Below are positions 7,796-8,000 of a stretch of DNA of 8,000 bases, in pieces. A model generated the notes under the pieces. That model was not told where the DNA came from, made no database searches, and saw only the letters and a program-made list of their open reading frames with translations. The position numbers and the translations under genes are program-made. Within the stretch, counting starts at the first letter, position 1. Every line of letters begins with the position of its first letter. Origin of the DNA: Takakia lepidozioides (taxonomy: Eukaryota; Plantae; Bryophyta). Where the stretch lies: positions 1-8,000 of the forward strand of contig JAKLZA010000221.1 in NCBI GenBank assembly GCA_030704615.1, given 5' to 3'.

Positions 7796-7887
7796 GCGTG
7801 AGCGCAACTGCGCTCACGCCACGTCACCTTGCGCAAATGCCACGTCACGGGGCTCAGTCCACGTCATCACACGTGAAGGCCGCGTCA
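7796..7887. repeat. 11-bp-stem palindrome followed by regularly spaced CCACGTCA motifs (subterminal repeats or ACGT-core regulatory cluster)
   Basis: GCGTGAGCGCA-ac-TGCGCTCACGC at 7796-7819. CCACGTCA at 7819, 7840 and 7859, CCGCGTCA at 7880, and CACGTG at 7870. Confidence 0.75.
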
Positions 7888-8000
7888 CCACGCGCCCAGA
7901 AAGAAGTGGAGTGTGTTCCCGCGGATTGGCACCCTTTACCGCGGAAACAAGCTGGACGACATAATAAAAGGCATTGAATAAAGGATGGATGAATGTACAG

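Noticed and set aside
7796-7819. Helitron 3' hairpin or rho-independent terminator
   Set aside because: No CTRR end at the expected distance, no U-tract, and the stem is made of the local CGTGAGC repeat motif.

Overview
This is eukaryotic DNA (GT-AG introns), most plausibly from a non-seed plant or streptophyte alga (inference), made up almost entirely of transposon-derived sequence. Positions ~1-5872 look like a large Mutator-like (MULE) DNA transposon. Its disrupted ~1150-codon gene (1674-~5267, +) combines a GCM-like zinc finger, a DDE catalytic core split by an 86-nt intron, an unassigned Cys/Trp-rich domain and a C-terminal SWIM finger. The gene is flanked by modular tandem arrays built on the motif AATTCGGCGCCG (foldback-like ends). 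To the right are two pairs of inverted repeats sharing the layout GGGG-N-TGC-N5-CRTGAGC, each enclosing ~390-400 bp. The second pair (perfect 33 bp) brackets an intron-containing fragment of a prokaryote-type beta-class N6-adenine/N4-cytosine DNA methyltransferase-like gene. A minus-strand gene remnant with an acidic tail lies between the two pairs. All protein calls rest on motif recognition by eye; no searches were run. Most ORFs in the track are artefacts of the repeats or antisense shadows.
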